Of a DNA stretch of 64,000 bases, positions 51,691 through 64,000 are shown piece after piece (the first letter of the stretch is position 1; each line of letters begins with the position of its first letter). The stretch lies in the NCBI RefSeq assembly GCF_006345805.1, contig NC_042997.1:103416001-103480000 (forward strand). The letters are read 5' to 3'. This stretch comes from Octopus sinensis (lineage: Eukaryota). The position numbers and the translations under genes were made by a program. A model generated the notes under the pieces. The model was not told the DNA's origin. It saw nothing but the letters and a program-made list of their open reading frames with translations, and did not search any database.

Positions 51691-52559
51691 TTTATATCCT
51701 ACTTAACTCGATGTAGGGGAAGCAAGCTATTTATTACTGTATCAAGTAAGGGAGCTAATTCGGTTTTATAAATAGATTGGGATTAAGCGCAAGAATCGCA
51801 ACTCTTCCATATTCCTCATTGTATCTAAAACATGCTGAAAAATCCCGAAATTATGTTTAAGACCGTTTCAGATTACTTGTGCGCCGACAAGCAAGCATCT
51901 ACAGCAGGGGTCGGCCAACGGGGTAAATTACCTCAAGTTGGTTAAAAAGGAAATTCTTGTGGGTAATGAGGACTCATTAGACATAAGTAAAATTATATTT
52001 AAAAAATGTGTCCCTTCTTACGACAGAAAATTTTCTTCTGGTATGAGGAGACAGTCAAAAGGTAATAAAAAGGTATTTCAACCGTAAACATCCCTTTTCA
52101 TTTGTTTTTTTTTTTTTTCTTTTTTACAGACAACGTATCAAAGTTATTGTATCCAATATATCCTTTTTTTTTTTTTTTATATGGTGAAAATCTAACACAG
52201 TGAATGATCACGTGGGCTTCTTCAGAACTTCTCTCCCCTCGATCGAGAGGCATTAATATATAAGTGTGACCCACCGCCTTTGTTTCTTCACAAGATTCTG
52301 GAAAACGAATATTTTCCACAAATACGTTTCAGATGGTGTAATTTGCGATTATATAGGAATTTGGGTACGTTTTGGTTATCTCACCCCAATTCAAACATTT
52401 TTAAAACTCCCCCAGTTTTACGAGAAATATCCTTCAACTCAAAAAATTGTTTAATCCTCATTAAAAAAAATCTTAAAAAATGAAAAAATTACTAAACATA
52501 AAAAGTGGAGTGATGAAACATCGTTTTGAATCTAATAATATTTTTAAAACAAATCATAC

Positions 52560-54057
52560 AGAACTGAAAAATTGATAAACATGAAAACGGAAAAAATTAA
52601 TAAGCATGGACAATTTGCAACTTGACTGGGAAAGAGTTTCATGTTTTAGTGCAGATAATGCAAATTACAAATTTGGAATAAAGCATTCTGTATATACTAA
52701 CATTCTCACACTAAACGACAGTGTTATTAAAGTTATTAAAGACAGTGCAATGCGCACATTTTACATAATTCAGTAAAAAGTGCTTTGGAAAACTTGAATT
52801 TAGATGTAGAAAAAATCCTAAAGATATATGGGCATTTTTCAGTATCAGCAAAAGGAACTGAAACTCTTAAAGACTTTCATTTATTTGTAGAAACAGAATG
52901 TAGAGAGATTCTTCAGCATGTACCTGCTAGATGGTTATCACTTCAGCCAAGTATTGAAAGAATTTTACTGTCTTGGAAAGCCTTGAGTTCCCATTTCTTA
53001 AGTAGACCAACTGCTTGTTCTAAATGATTATATAAACTTCTTTCCATTGATGATGATTCCACAGAAACACCCCAAATTATTGAACTCTGTCTGATGTTTA
53101 TGCAACATGTAATGGAGGCATTGAAATTATCAATTAAAGAACTTGAAAAGACTGAAACTACAGCAGTAGATATTTTCAATATCACGACAGATTTAAGAAA
53201 CACGTTAAGATCTCGATATGTAGAAGAATTTTTCAGCTATCAAGTTCAACAACAATTGAAAAATTTAGGTACTGATGAGGCTCGAAAGTTAGTTGAAGAC
53301 TTTAAATTTTTTCTTACTTCTGCCATCACATATTTGGAAAACAGAATAGATTTCAATGAAAATTCAACGTTTGGAAAATTATCAAATCTAAGTTTCTTAG
53401 GCCCTTCATTCCCAAAGTTTCAGAAATTTGTAGAAGTAGTAGAACATTTGAAGCTAGAAGGTGGGTGAACTTTTTGATGAAGTAGTATTAATTCAAAGAA
53501 ACTTCGACACTATCAAAAGCTCTGAACTCTTCATAAGCTAAAAAACAACAAGCAGAAAGTGGTATTTTATTTTGAAATCTATGAACTTTAAATGTATCAA
53601 TGTTTTCAAAATAGTTTCTTTTGTACTATCAATTCCTGGAACATTATTTTATTGTGAGAGAGTTTTCTAGTTTAATGTCATCTAAATGGCAAGATGAAAG
53701 GAACTGATGCTCGGTAGAATTAATTGAGAATGAACTTCTCATATATTTTAACATAAAAGATAGTTGCTCAGAATTCGCTAAAAACATCAAAGATGATACA
53801 AATTTTCTGAAGGCACCAAAAAGCCTGGGCAAATATAGTTTTAGAGATTAGAATCTTTTGATCAAGTTAAAATAAATGTTTTCTCATTCTTGTTTTGTAT
53901 TTTCATTTAGGTAAGAGAAATGTAATTTTGAACTGCATTATTTAATATTAGCATCTATTATAATCTATATGAATTGAATCAAAATTTGTGCATTTAAATA
54001 AATATCAATAAAGTTTTTATGTCTTTTATTGTGGTTTAACAGAGTTGGCAACCCTAG
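52560..54057 (+). mobile_element. Degraded hAT transposon (second family), 3' half
   Basis: HVPARWLSL..SIERIL, dimerisation-domain SIPGT...CERVFS.M..KW.D.RN; terminal TGGCAACCCTA (reverse of TAGGGTTGCCA TIR) at 54047-54057. Confidence 0.82.
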
Positions 54058-54486
54058 AGGTAAATGAAGTGTAAACAGACATCCCTTGCAAACATGCATG
54101 TACGATGTTTTCGCTAAATGCTTTAAGCCTCTCTATTGTATCTGACATGGACACACTCTTGATCCAGCGGAACATGCAGAATACTACAGCTACAGGTAGA
54201 AAGGCCTCGAGTTAAGTAAAGAGAATTTTTGTTAATTGACATGATTTCTCTCCCTTATATGACAGAGTTATCGAACTTGAAGTCACCTACGACCAAGGGT
54301 ATTTATTCGATAACTTTATAGATTATTTGTTAGCTTATTTACATCAATATATTTTCATTTAAAATTTTATTCAATAACAAAAAGTAAAACAAAACAAGTA
54401 TTACCATAAAATATGCTTTAGAATATAACAGATTTCATAACTTTTTTGTTTGTAAGCGACCCGGTCACCTTGGTAATTTTTTTAAA

Positions 54487-54530
54487 ATGGCAGGAAGCAG
54501 ACTTGAGAAACTCAGTACCATTTTCAGTAG
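54487..54530 (+). CDS. MRPS23: MRPS23 exon 1 (MAGSRLEKLSTIFSR), mitochondrial 28S ribosomal protein S23
   Basis: ATG at 54487; translation matches the conserved MRPS23 N-terminus (MAGSRLE...IFSR); donor GTTAGT at 54531, phase 2. Confidence 0.92.
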
Positions 54531-55680
54531 GTTAGTATCAATGAGATATATTCATATTCTTTATAGAGATTCCAATGCACCACTGTTTATAGATCTCTAC
54601 TGTTTTTGTCATAGATGATATAAGTTTGTGTTAACGTATTAGAACACGTGTAATATTGTTGTTGTTTAGTCTTTATTGAGGCGAACTATAGTCAGAAATG
54701 TTCCGGTCATGTTATTCAATTTCGGAGACCCTGAAAGCGATCATGTCCTTTCTTCAGTGACTAAGCTAGGCAATTTTTCTTAGTTACGTTTTGTACAAAA
54801 AAAAAAGAAAGAAAGAAAGAAAAAGAAAAAAATTCATAAGAATACTTGCTTGCGAACATGCAGTCTTATTCTCTCTCTTTTACTCTTTTACTTGTTTCAG
54901 TCATTTGACTGCGGCCATGCTGGAGCACCGCCTTTAATCGAGCAACTTTTGTAAGCCCAGTACTTATTCTATCGGTCTCTTTTGCCGAACCGCTAAGTGA
55001 CGGGGGACATAAACACACCAGCATCGGTTGTCAAGCGATGTTGGGGGGACAAACACACACACAGATAGATATATATACATATATACGACGGGCTTCTTTC
55101 AGTTTCCGTCTACCAAATCCACTCACAAGGCTTTGGTCGGCCCGAGGCTATAGTAGAAGACACTTGCCCAAAGTGCCACGCAGTGGGACTGAACCCGGAA
55201 CCCTGTGGTTGGTAAACAAGCTATTTACCACACAGCCACTCCTGAATTCTTTAAGTCTTACCATTTCATCTGTATATGTTGGATTACATTTTCTAGTATA
55301 TCCTTAAAGGTCATCCTCCGTTGTGTCCACTTTCTGTGGCAGATGAACAAACAGGGGAAGGCACGAGTTAGTACATTACAACAGCAAGATGATTTCATTC
55401 TAAATGTAGGGGATGCGATTTGAAGGAAATTGAGCTTATTTTTGGCAGTTCGAGCCCTTTCTTTGTCTTTCAAAGTAGACTTGTATAACCCCCAAATCAA
55501 TCATGATTGATCACAACTATGATGAAAAGTCATGGTATTCACATCATTTTGTTTATCTCAATATGACTATTTTGATGGTGGAGTGTTTTTGGAGTAATTT
55601 AGCTGCTATTGTGAGCAGAAACTTGTCTGCCAACGAGTTCTTCTATCTATCTATCTATCTATCTATTCATGTATCCATCC

Positions 55681-55730
<50 letters not shown>

Positions 55731-56574
55731 ATATGTACTGACTGTGACTGTGAGGACTTGTCCAATCCATGTCAATATGAAATGCAGATATTGAACAATG
55801 ATGATATAGGTGTTTGTACATGCATGCATACATAAGGACCCCCTTTGGTCATGAATGACCATGGGATTGCACAAGTCTGGGCTAGGTTGTTTATGGAAGA
55901 CCAGCAGTTGCCCATGCATACCAGCCTCCCCTCTCCATGCCACCAGTGTTATCCAAGTGAAAGGAAAAGGCTAATACAGCTTGGCACCAGTGATGTCACA
56001 AATCATTTCTACAGCTGAGTGAACTGGAGCAATGTGAAATAAAGTGTCTTGCTCAAGAGCACAACACACTATCAGGTCCAATAATTGAACTCACTACCTC
56101 ATGATTGTGAGCCCGACACACTAACCACTGAGCCAATATGCACACACATACACACATATATTTTGATGGATGGAAGCTTGGGTAAGTAAAAAATTTCAAG
56201 TATTTAGGATAAATAATAAACCAGAAACAGTTGCTGTGAAAAAGAAGTTACTCAAAGGAATAAAGATAAAACAACATTTATAAGAATGATAAAGTTCTTT
56301 CCTTCAAAAGATATACACTGCATCTAAAATTTAGGCTATTAAACTGTTATAGTGTGCCAGTTGTACTCTCTGGGATCGAAGCTTAAGTAATGTACTCATT
56401 TATGGAGAAAAAGATAGAAGCTTTCGTGATATAGATTTTTTGCAAATTCGGCAAGATAAGCTGGAAAGACTGAGTAACAAATGCTACAACACTGGAAAAG
56501 CTGAAAGTCCAAGGACACCTATTATTGCGAATTAAGTCTACAAATACAGTTCTGTATTTAAGAGATGAGGAATT

Positions 56575-56845
56575 ATGTACATTATTTACATTTGACGGAT
56601 ATTTGTCCTCATCTTTGTTGTTAACATGTTTTAGTTAATATACCCTCCAAGTCTTCATCAGGTGTCTTGGGGCTCATACCAAAGGTATTTTTTGATGATG
56701 ATGATGATCATCATCATCATCATCATCTTCTTCTTCTTCCTGGAACCCAGGTTTGAAATTCTCCCAAGACACCTGATGAAGGCTGGTGGGGGTATATCAG
56801 CCGAAACGTGTTTACAACAAACAAGATGAGGACAAAATATCTGTC
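56575..56845. repeat. Head-to-head inverted pair of a hammerhead-bearing short repeat in MRPS23 intron 1
   Basis: 56575-56680 and 56760-56845 are reverse complements around a (GAT)n(CAT)n centre; third fragment at 59490-59570(-). Confidence 0.82.
56768..56812 (+). ncRNA. Minimal type-I hammerhead-ribozyme-like motif
   Basis: GACAC-CTGATGA-A-GGCTG..CAGCC-GAAA-CGT. This copy appears to lack 2 nt near the cleavage site relative to the 59490 copy, so activity is doubtful. Confidence 0.55.
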
Positions 56846-57363
56846 AAATGTAAATAATGTAAGTCTACAAAGCTGTCATACCCTGGACATGCAATGCACT
56901 CCAAGTCACTACCCAAGATGATCCTGACAAGAAGTGTTGACAAGAGAGCAATGGGCCATTAGAGATGTTTGTGAACTGACAAAAATCAAAGAATGGACTA
57001 GAAACAGGAGCCTGTCTGATTGTGTGGTTGCAGCACAACACAGAAGGTGCAAGGTCATCTTGGCAAACCACACCCCTGGACAAAGGGAAGGTACCTAGCT
57101 GATGATGTGACACCATCGATGCCAGTGGCATGTAAAAAGCACCATTTGAGTGTGGCTGATACCAATGACACCTGACTGGCTCCTGTGCTGTTGGCATGTA
57201 AAAGCTCCCACTACTCTCTCGGAGTGGTTGGCGTTAGGAAGGGCATCTAGCTGTAGAAACCTTACCAAATCAGATTGGAGCCTGGTGCAGCTTCCTGGCT
57301 TGCTAGTTCTCAGTCAAACCGTCCAACCCAGCATGGAAAGTAGCTGTTAAACAATGATGATGA
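56846..57363 (+). mobile_element. RTE-like LINE 3'UTR fragment
   Basis: GGAGTGGTTGGCGTTAGGAAGGGCATCTAGCTGTAGAAAC...GTTAAACAATGATGATGAT tail; the reverse version occurs at 58376. Confidence 0.72.
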
Positions 57364-57519
57364 TATAGATAGATAAATACAGACAGACAGGCACACACAG
57401 ACACATTCTCATATGCATACTTAGCAAGATATTTTATCTGGTACTTTACCATTTTTGCTAATCCACTAGAATATCAAAGGTCTTTTTAATGATTTATTTC
57501 TCTTTGTTATCACACACAG

Positions 57520-57681
57520 AGTTAATGGTTTACTTAGATCCAAAGCAATGAAAGAAGAAAATAGGCCTCTATGGTTTGATATTTACAAAGCATTTCCACC
57601 TATAGTTGAACCTAGATATGACAGAAAAGCAGTGCATAAAGCAATACCAGATTTGCTGTATCCTGAAGACATTATCAGAGC
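57520..57681 (+). CDS. MRPS23: MRPS23 exon 2 (VNGLLRSKAMKEENRPLWFDIYKAFPPIVEPRYDRKAVHKAIPDLLYPEDIIRA)
   Basis: Acceptor AG 57518-19, donor GTAAGT 57682; 162 nt keeps the frame; contains the P-L-W-F-D-x-Y-x-A-F-P-P and Y-x-E-D-x-I-R-A motifs of MRPS23. Confidence 0.95.
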
Positions 57682-58375
57682 GTAAGTACACATAGTGATT
57701 CTCTTGACATTTCTTTATCATTTGTCTTCATGATCTGTATTGTGCTACATTTTCACTAACAGCTATATTTTGGCAACATATCGGTGGTTCAGAGTACATG
57801 TCTATAACTCTGTTAATGTAACAGTCTAACAAATCCACACTGTTTTAGATGTTGGAACTGATTCACTAAAATTTGGAGTACAAAGTACCTTCTAAATTAA
57901 ACAGTCAGTGTGAGTGCAGTCTAAGAAGTTCTCTTTACACTTGTGAAGTCCCTTTCACTGCATGGCATCTGGGGCATGTGTAATTTTCTGTAGCCTTTGG
58001 TTGACCCATACATTGTGAGTGAAATTTGGTAGATGGAAACTGCATGGAAGCCCATCGGATGGATTGTATCTATAATTCAGTAGGCACAGCTTTGTCACAC
58101 TGTGACATTCATTCTACCTGAGAATACTTTAAGGGTAAAAAGTTAAAGGAATATTCAGCCAGTTATACATGAATTCATTTATCTTATTTGATTGAACAAC
58201 TAACCAAATCCTTAGTATAAAGTCTAAATGATAAAAATTTGGACCCTACCTACTTTGTTGTATTTGGAACTTATTTTCATGTAGTTGATTGATTACTCCT
58301 CTACCCACAAGTTAAAAACAAACTGAGAATATTCAGCAAGACTTGTTCTGCTTTTATGTTGCTACATTTTGTTTC

Positions 58376-59100
58376 ATCATCATCATCATCATCGTTTAAT
58401 GTCTGTTTTCCATGCTAGCATAGGTTGGACGGTTCGACTGGGGTCTGGGAAGCCAGGAGGCTGCACCAGGCTCCAGTCTGATCTGGCAGTATTTCTACAG
58501 CTAGATGCCCTTCCTAACGCCAACCACTCCGTGTGTGTAGTGGGTGCTTTCTACGTGCCACCGGCACAGGTGCCAGGGGAGGCTGACAATGGCCACAATT
58601 GGTTGGTGCTTTTTACGTGCCACCGGCACAGGTATCTCAACTACAATTTCCATTTGATTTTTTGATGTTGATGTACTTGACTCAATAGGTCTCCTCAAGC
58701 ACAGCAGGTCGTCCTGCGATCCAAGGCACTTTGGATGGGCTGGGGCTTCTATGTGAAGCTGGTGCAGGAAACAGCCATGAACTCACGTTATTTGTCGGGT
58801 CTTCGCAGTCACAGCATATATCCAGAGGTCTCGGTCTTTCGTCATTGCCTCTGTGAGACCCAACGTTCGAAGGTCATGCTTGACCACCTCATCCCATGTC
58901 TTCCTGGGTCTACTTCTACCTCGGATTTATGTTTGGGAGTGGCACTTTTACACACATCTCTCCTCATCCATCCGTAGTACATGACCATACCAACACTGAC
59001 GTCTCTCTTGCACGCCACATCCAATGCTTCTTATGTCCAGCATTTCTCTCAGGGAACTTACACTCTGTCGTGTATGCACACTGACATTACACATCCAAAA
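58376..59100 (-). mobile_element. RTE-clade LINE 3' end
   Basis: RR..WYGHVLRMDE and RPRKTWDEVVKHDL-type C-terminal motifs; (GAT)n tail. Confidence 0.82.
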
Positions 59101-59274
59101 TCTCTTGTTATTTTTGCCTTTTATTTTCATTTTTAGAGACATTTATAACATTTTCCTTAATCCTTGTTATAATTCGTCTAAAATATAAGATATTAAAAGA
59201 AAACCAAAACCATTCAAATATTTAATTTCTTGTGTTTTTAATTCCTTTCCTGTTACGTTTTTTTTTTTTTATAG

Positions 59275-59349
59275 GAGGTTTTATAAACTCTATGGCAATC
59301 CTGATGTTGTAGATTTAACAAATGAACAAGTAAAGACAACATGTCAGAA
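59275..59349 (+). CDS. MRPS23: MRPS23 exon 3 (RFYKLYGNPDVVDLTNEQVKTTCQK)
   Basis: Poly-T tract then AG 59273-74; donor GTAAGT 59350; 75 nt, phase 2/2; FY..YG....DL......TCQ motif. Confidence 0.93.
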
Positions 59350-60218
59350 GTAAGTATTATTGAAGTGTCTTTATTGCTGTTGTAGTTTAAGTTTCAAAAG
59401 TGGGGAGGACGATTTCTGCCATATAGTAAATGAAAGTTATATTTCATCTTCTGCTTTACTACCCTTCTTATCAAATTTGTGACTGTACATTATTTACAAT
59501 TGCTGGATATTTACCCTCATCTTGTTTGTTGTTAACACAACGTTTTGGCTGATATACCCTCCAGCCGAGGTTCACTTTTTGATCAGTGTCTGCATCTAAT
59601 TATATTAGAGCAAAAAATTCTTGCAGTATGGTTTCAGTTATGACTATCAAGTCAGCCCTGAAATATTGTTTTTAAGTCAGTGAAGGGGACCTGAATGAAA
59701 ACATGCTGCTTTTAAACTTTGTAGGTGATCGACAAGAATTCTAAGCTGAATTTTCTATCCCTTAACAGAAGGCTTAAGCCCTGTGATTTTATTTTAGCTA
59801 TATATAGGCACAGGTGTGACCGTGTGGTAAGAAGCTTGCTTCTCAACCACATGGTTCTGAGTTCAGTCCTACTGCATGGCACCTTGGGAAAGTGTCTTTT
59901 ACTAAAGCCTCCGGCCAAACAAAGCCTTGTGAGTGGATTTGGGAAACTGAAACAAGCCTGTCATATATATATGTGTGTGTGTGTATGTGTCTTTGTATTT
60001 GTCTCCCCACCATTGCTTAACTGATGTTGGTGTGTTTACATCCCTGTGACTTAGCGGTTTGGCAAAAGAGACCAATAGAATAAGTACAAGGCTTAAAATG
60101 AATAAGTCCTGAGGTTGATTTCTTCGACTAAAATACCCATTTAAGGTGGTGCTCCAGCATGGCTGCAGTCAAATGACTGAAACAAGTAAAATAATAAAAG
60201 GCTATGTGTAAAGTTGTA

Positions 60219-61161
60219 TCTTGTATATTAAAAAGCAAGTTGTCTGTCTGTTGTGTGAACCACTTCTACTCCTACAATTTTCAACCGAATTTCACCAAAT
60301 TTGACATGTGTGCTCTCTTTGATTTATGGCGCGTTTTCTTATAATTTTTACCCCAAAATTTCATGCCCCCAACATAAATAGACTGCTATCAATTCGCCTA
60401 GGATTTGAACCCACTACATCTATGCAACGGTACATGTACAATAATCAGTGCTCTCCAAAAAAATGACGCCTAATTTCTAAAAGAATTATGAAAATGGGAA
60501 ATATGTCATAAATAAATGAAGTATGCAAAAAATTACGACGATTCATCTATTTGTAAATATTTTATACTAAAAAATAAAACACGGTTAATGGGCACTCGCG
60601 AATGTAAACAAACATGTCGTGTAATACAAGGGGTGGTAACTTGTATCAGTTATTAATAATACAAGGGGTCCGACAATAACCTTTGCAAATTCTTGATTGT
60701 TTTTAATCAAATTTTTTACTGCGCACACTGGGAAGGGTTAGTGTAGCATGCACTGCTACCACGTAACAGCTATTTGCAAATACCTGTTCAGTGGTAGCAG
60801 GACGTGCTAGAAATACCAGCCAAATCAGTTAATGTTTACAAGTACACCTGCACGTCAACTCCCACTGCTTTTCTTTCTTTTATATATAAATATATATATA
60901 TACCTTATAGCTTCTGGCCCACCAAAGCCTTGTGAGTGGATTTCATACAAGAAAACTGAAAGAACACTGTTGTATATTAGTGTGTGTACCCCAACTGATG
61001 TTGGTGTGTCTGCATACCTATAACTTAGCGGTTCAGCAAAAGATACTGATAGAATAATTAGTAGGCGATGGTCTGGCATGGCCAGTCACATGACTGAAAC
61101 AAAGAAAACAATAAAAAACTATGCCATTTTAATCCTGAGCAAGGCCGGGTACCCCTGTTAG
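60219..61161 (+). mobile_element. Degenerate Helitron-like element with internal SINE remnants
   Basis: A|TC start, CCTGAGCAAGGCCGGG hairpin, TTAG|T end. Confidence 0.55.
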
Positions 61162-61560
61162 TGAGATATTAAAGATTGTGAGACTTAACATTTGTTGCAA
61201 CACTGTGTGCTTTAACAGTGTGTTGTGAATGAAAAATGAATGACTGGATGAAGCAATTGATAGACTTTGCTGCTGATCTTGCTGGAAAATGTGACTTATG
61301 AAGAGAATGGATTCTATATAACTTCTGTACCGTTTTCACAAAGAAGTTGGAATATTTAGTGTTAGTTGGACAGCAGAAATGAGTTAGATGGAGAGAATGA
61401 AAAACTGTCAGAAACCAGGGAAGAAGAAGGATTATGTACTTATTGAAGTAGTACCTACGAGTTCAGGCCTCAATTATTTTGTTGTAAGGGTCTTCTGAGA
61501 ATCCTTTTCAGGCATTACTCTTTGCTGGTCTATGGCACTAGCCATGTGCTGGCAAGAAAC

Positions 61561-61957
61561 AGATCTTTTCGGTTTGAACGGTGTCATATGAAATTGTCAC
61601 CTATAATTATGACCCTAGTATCGATCTATTGCATTTCAATCTCTTTTAGGGTTAGTGTTAGGGGTGGGAGAAGGGTATCTTTTTTTCTTCACAAATGTAA
61701 ATAAACCCAATCTGTTTCTTAAACAAGGGACATATTCATACGGCACAATGTTTTTTACCTCAATGGACGTAATTGATTGGTTGAAATTGCAGAAATTGAA
61801 GAAAAAAACAACAAATATCTTACAAACTATAGAATCTTCTCAATAAAGCCAAGAGAAAAAGATGTTTTATAAATACATTCTACCAGTATATGAAGTTTAA
61901 AATGTTTTAGTTACCTAGAAATTATGTTAAAAACTGCCTTTCAAACCGAAAAGATCC
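61561..61957. mobile_element. Third copy of the TTAGGG-bearing MITE (MRPS23 intron 3)
   Basis: GATCTTTTCGGTTTGAACGG.../...TTCAAACCGAAAAGATCC; GAAACA duplicated at both flanks. Confidence 0.82.
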
Positions 61958-62043
61958 GAAACAGATATTGAGAGTTGGTATTATCTTTAAATCAGAGACA
62001 CTTAAGTTGTGGTACTTGATGTTTGTGTCCTTTCTTATTTCAG

Positions 62044-62164
62044 GTTCATTGAAAATTACTTCAAACTTCAGGATCAGGAAGACGTTGCTGAAGAAGACTT
62101 ATTTCAAAAAGCTATCGATAACCTTAAGGCACAGGGAATTCGCCTTAGAACCATTACTGAAAAG
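62044..62164 (+). CDS. MRPS23: MRPS23 exon 4 (FIENYFKLQDQEDVAEEDLFQKAIDNLKAQGIRLRTITEK)
   Basis: Acceptor TTTCAG ending 62043; donor GTACAA 62165; 121 nt continues the frame; FxExY..L....EE.LF...L.A.G..L motif. Confidence 0.9.
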
Positions 62165-62424
62165 GTACAAATATGCAAGTCTAAATTTTTTATTTATTTA
62201 TTTTACTTATTAAGTTTTTAAAATTGCACTATTTCATTCTTTTTAAAAATTGTCAGAATAACCTAAAATGAGATTTAAATATATTTTTGAGATTTAAATA
62301 TATTTTTGTGTGTCAAGATAACTTAATTTGCTGGTTTCTTGCTTGTTTAAATATTATTTATGTATGATTAGCAGTTTACATATAATTTTCTAATGGAAAT
62401 CATTTTTTTCTTTTTCTGTGTCAG

Positions 62425-62583
62425 GAAAGTGAAGAAGTAGCCGAAGCAGAAATGTCCTCTTCAGAAAACAGATCAACAGATTCCACCTTAAAAACTGAAC
62501 AAACCACAAATAATATTTCTAACGTTAATACTATGGACCATTATGGAGTTGATGATAACCTTGGAAGTAGTAATAAAACTTGA
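62425..62583 (+). CDS. MRPS23: MRPS23 exon 5, low-complexity acidic/Ser/Thr/Asn tail to TGA stop
   Basis: Polypyrimidine tract then AG 62423-24; 52 codons plus TGA at 62581-83; total CDS 561 nt (186 aa). The tail is not conserved, so this exon rests on splice sites and frame. Confidence 0.78.
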   Translation, partial: ESEEVAEAEMSSSENRSTDSTLKTEQTTNNISNVNTMDHYGVDDNLGSSNKT

Positions 62584-62593
62584 TAGTGATATT

Positions 62594-62599
62594 AATAAA
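62594..62599 (+). promoter_or_regulatory. Candidate polyadenylation signal AATAAA just after the MRPS23 stop
   Basis: AATAAA 11 nt downstream of the stop; the region is AT-rich, so a chance match is possible. Confidence 0.35.
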
Positions 62600-62881
62600 T
62601 AGCTTTAAAATCATTCAGTCTATTTCAATTATTTTTATACTGTTTCCTTATAAAATGTTTAACACACTTGCATTTACACATGTTTATATATACCATCCTC
62701 CTCCTAATCATCATCATTTTATTATCTTTTCAATGCTTGCAAGGGTTAGATGGAATTTATTGAGACAGATTTGCCACTCCTTTTCCTGTTGCCAATCCTC
62801 ACTTGTTCAGAAGTATAGTAATATTTCTTGAAGGTCACATGTGTTCTTACAGAATATTGGAAATGTATGACACAAACACTC

Positions 62882-62917
<36 letters not shown>

Positions 62918-63136
62918 GGCAAGTTTTTTCGGTTTCTGTCTATCAAGTCCACTCAAGAGACTTTGTTGGCTTGGGACTATAGCAAAAGACACTTGTCCAA
63001 GGTGTTAATTCTCTGTGACTGAAGCTGGAACCATGTGGTTAGGAAACAAAGTTCTTATTACACAGCCACCCCTGTATATATGTATGATGATGTGTGTGTA
63101 TGTTTATATATATGTGTGTGTGTATGTATATATGCA

Positions 63137-63191
<55 letters not shown>

Positions 63192-64000
63192 ATATCACCA
63201 TTTAATACTGTTGTTTTATGCTGGCATGGGTTGGACATTTTGGCAGGATCCAATAGGCTCAAGAATTGCTTTCAATATCTGCTTTAGCATGATTTCTACA
63301 ACTAGATATCCTTCCCAATGCCAACTTCTTTACTAGTGAAACCATCATACAGTTTGCAAGATTAGGCTCATTAATATGCTAAGAGATGAGGGCAAAAGAT
63401 TATTTGAAATATTATGGTACGCATATATAACCATTGGTGATCATTAAAGAGTGACTGTAGCTGAAATACATAAAGAAAAAATTCTGCTGGAGAAAATAGT
63501 GACTGACATCACAAGACTGATGTTATAAGAGGAGTCCTGTGTAATGTCATAACCTGTATAACTAACCTCAGTTAAATTAAATGACAGAAGAAGATGAAGA
63601 TGAACCTTTTTGACAAAATAACAAATTCAGTTAGTAAGTATCTAATCTTCAAAACTAATACAATGTACTCATTTTTCAGTGAGAAGCTGGTAATAAAAAA
63701 TGCACTAAAACATATACGGTAATCCCTCGCCATATCGTGATTTATTATCTAAGCTTATGTCAATTCCTCTGTGGTGTTGTTTTGCATCTATAATAAAATA
63801 TATATAAATTTTTTAAAATAATTAAAAAAATATATACAGTAAGCGCAGGAGTGGCTGTGTAGTAAGTAGCTTGCTTACCAACCACATGGTTCCAGGTTCA
63901 GTGGCACCTTGGGCAAGTGTCTTCTACTATAGCTTTGAGCCGACCAAAGCCTTGTGAGTGGATTTGGTAGACAGAAATTGAAATAAGCCTGTCGTATATG

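Noticed and set aside
51905-52090. CAGGGGTCGGCCAAC hAT-like TIR start
   Set aside because: No matching opposite TIR found; too truncated to call.
54090-54145. Small minus-strand ORF (MSDTIERLKAFSENIV...) upstream of MRPS23 suggesting a bidirectional promoter
   Set aside because: It runs into the hAT terminus; no donor site or homology recognised.

Overview
Eukaryotic, AT-rich and extremely microsatellite- and transposon-dense DNA. The SINE families and compound microsatellites look cephalopod (Octopus-like); that assignment is my recognition, not a database result. Only one host gene can be read with confidence: a 5-exon MRPS23 (mitochondrial ribosomal protein S23; + strand, CDS 54487-62583, 186 aa, all GT-AG junctions in frame). 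The rest is a mosaic of degraded mobile elements: tRNA-derived SINEs (three main families, called A, B and C here), Tx1/L1-like, R4/Dong, CR1-group and RTE LINE fragments, Penelope-like (GIY-YIG) fragments with hammerhead-ribozyme-like motifs, Tc1, mariner, hAT, Chapaev3-like, Helitron/Helentron-like elements and MITEs. Most ORFs in the supplied track are microsatellite or repeat artefacts. The most interesting signals are: (i) a Tx1-like LINE found repeatedly inside (TATC)n arrays; (ii) two LINE-SINE 3'-tail partnerships, one with compensatory changes in a terminal stem-loop; (iii) a perfect 148-bp-arm palindrome containing nested hairpins; (iv) minimal hammerhead-like motifs, including a fold-back pair inside MRPS23 intron 1; (v) a MITE carrying telomeric TTAGGG repeats. 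No CRISPR array, rRNA gene or bona fide tRNA gene was found.
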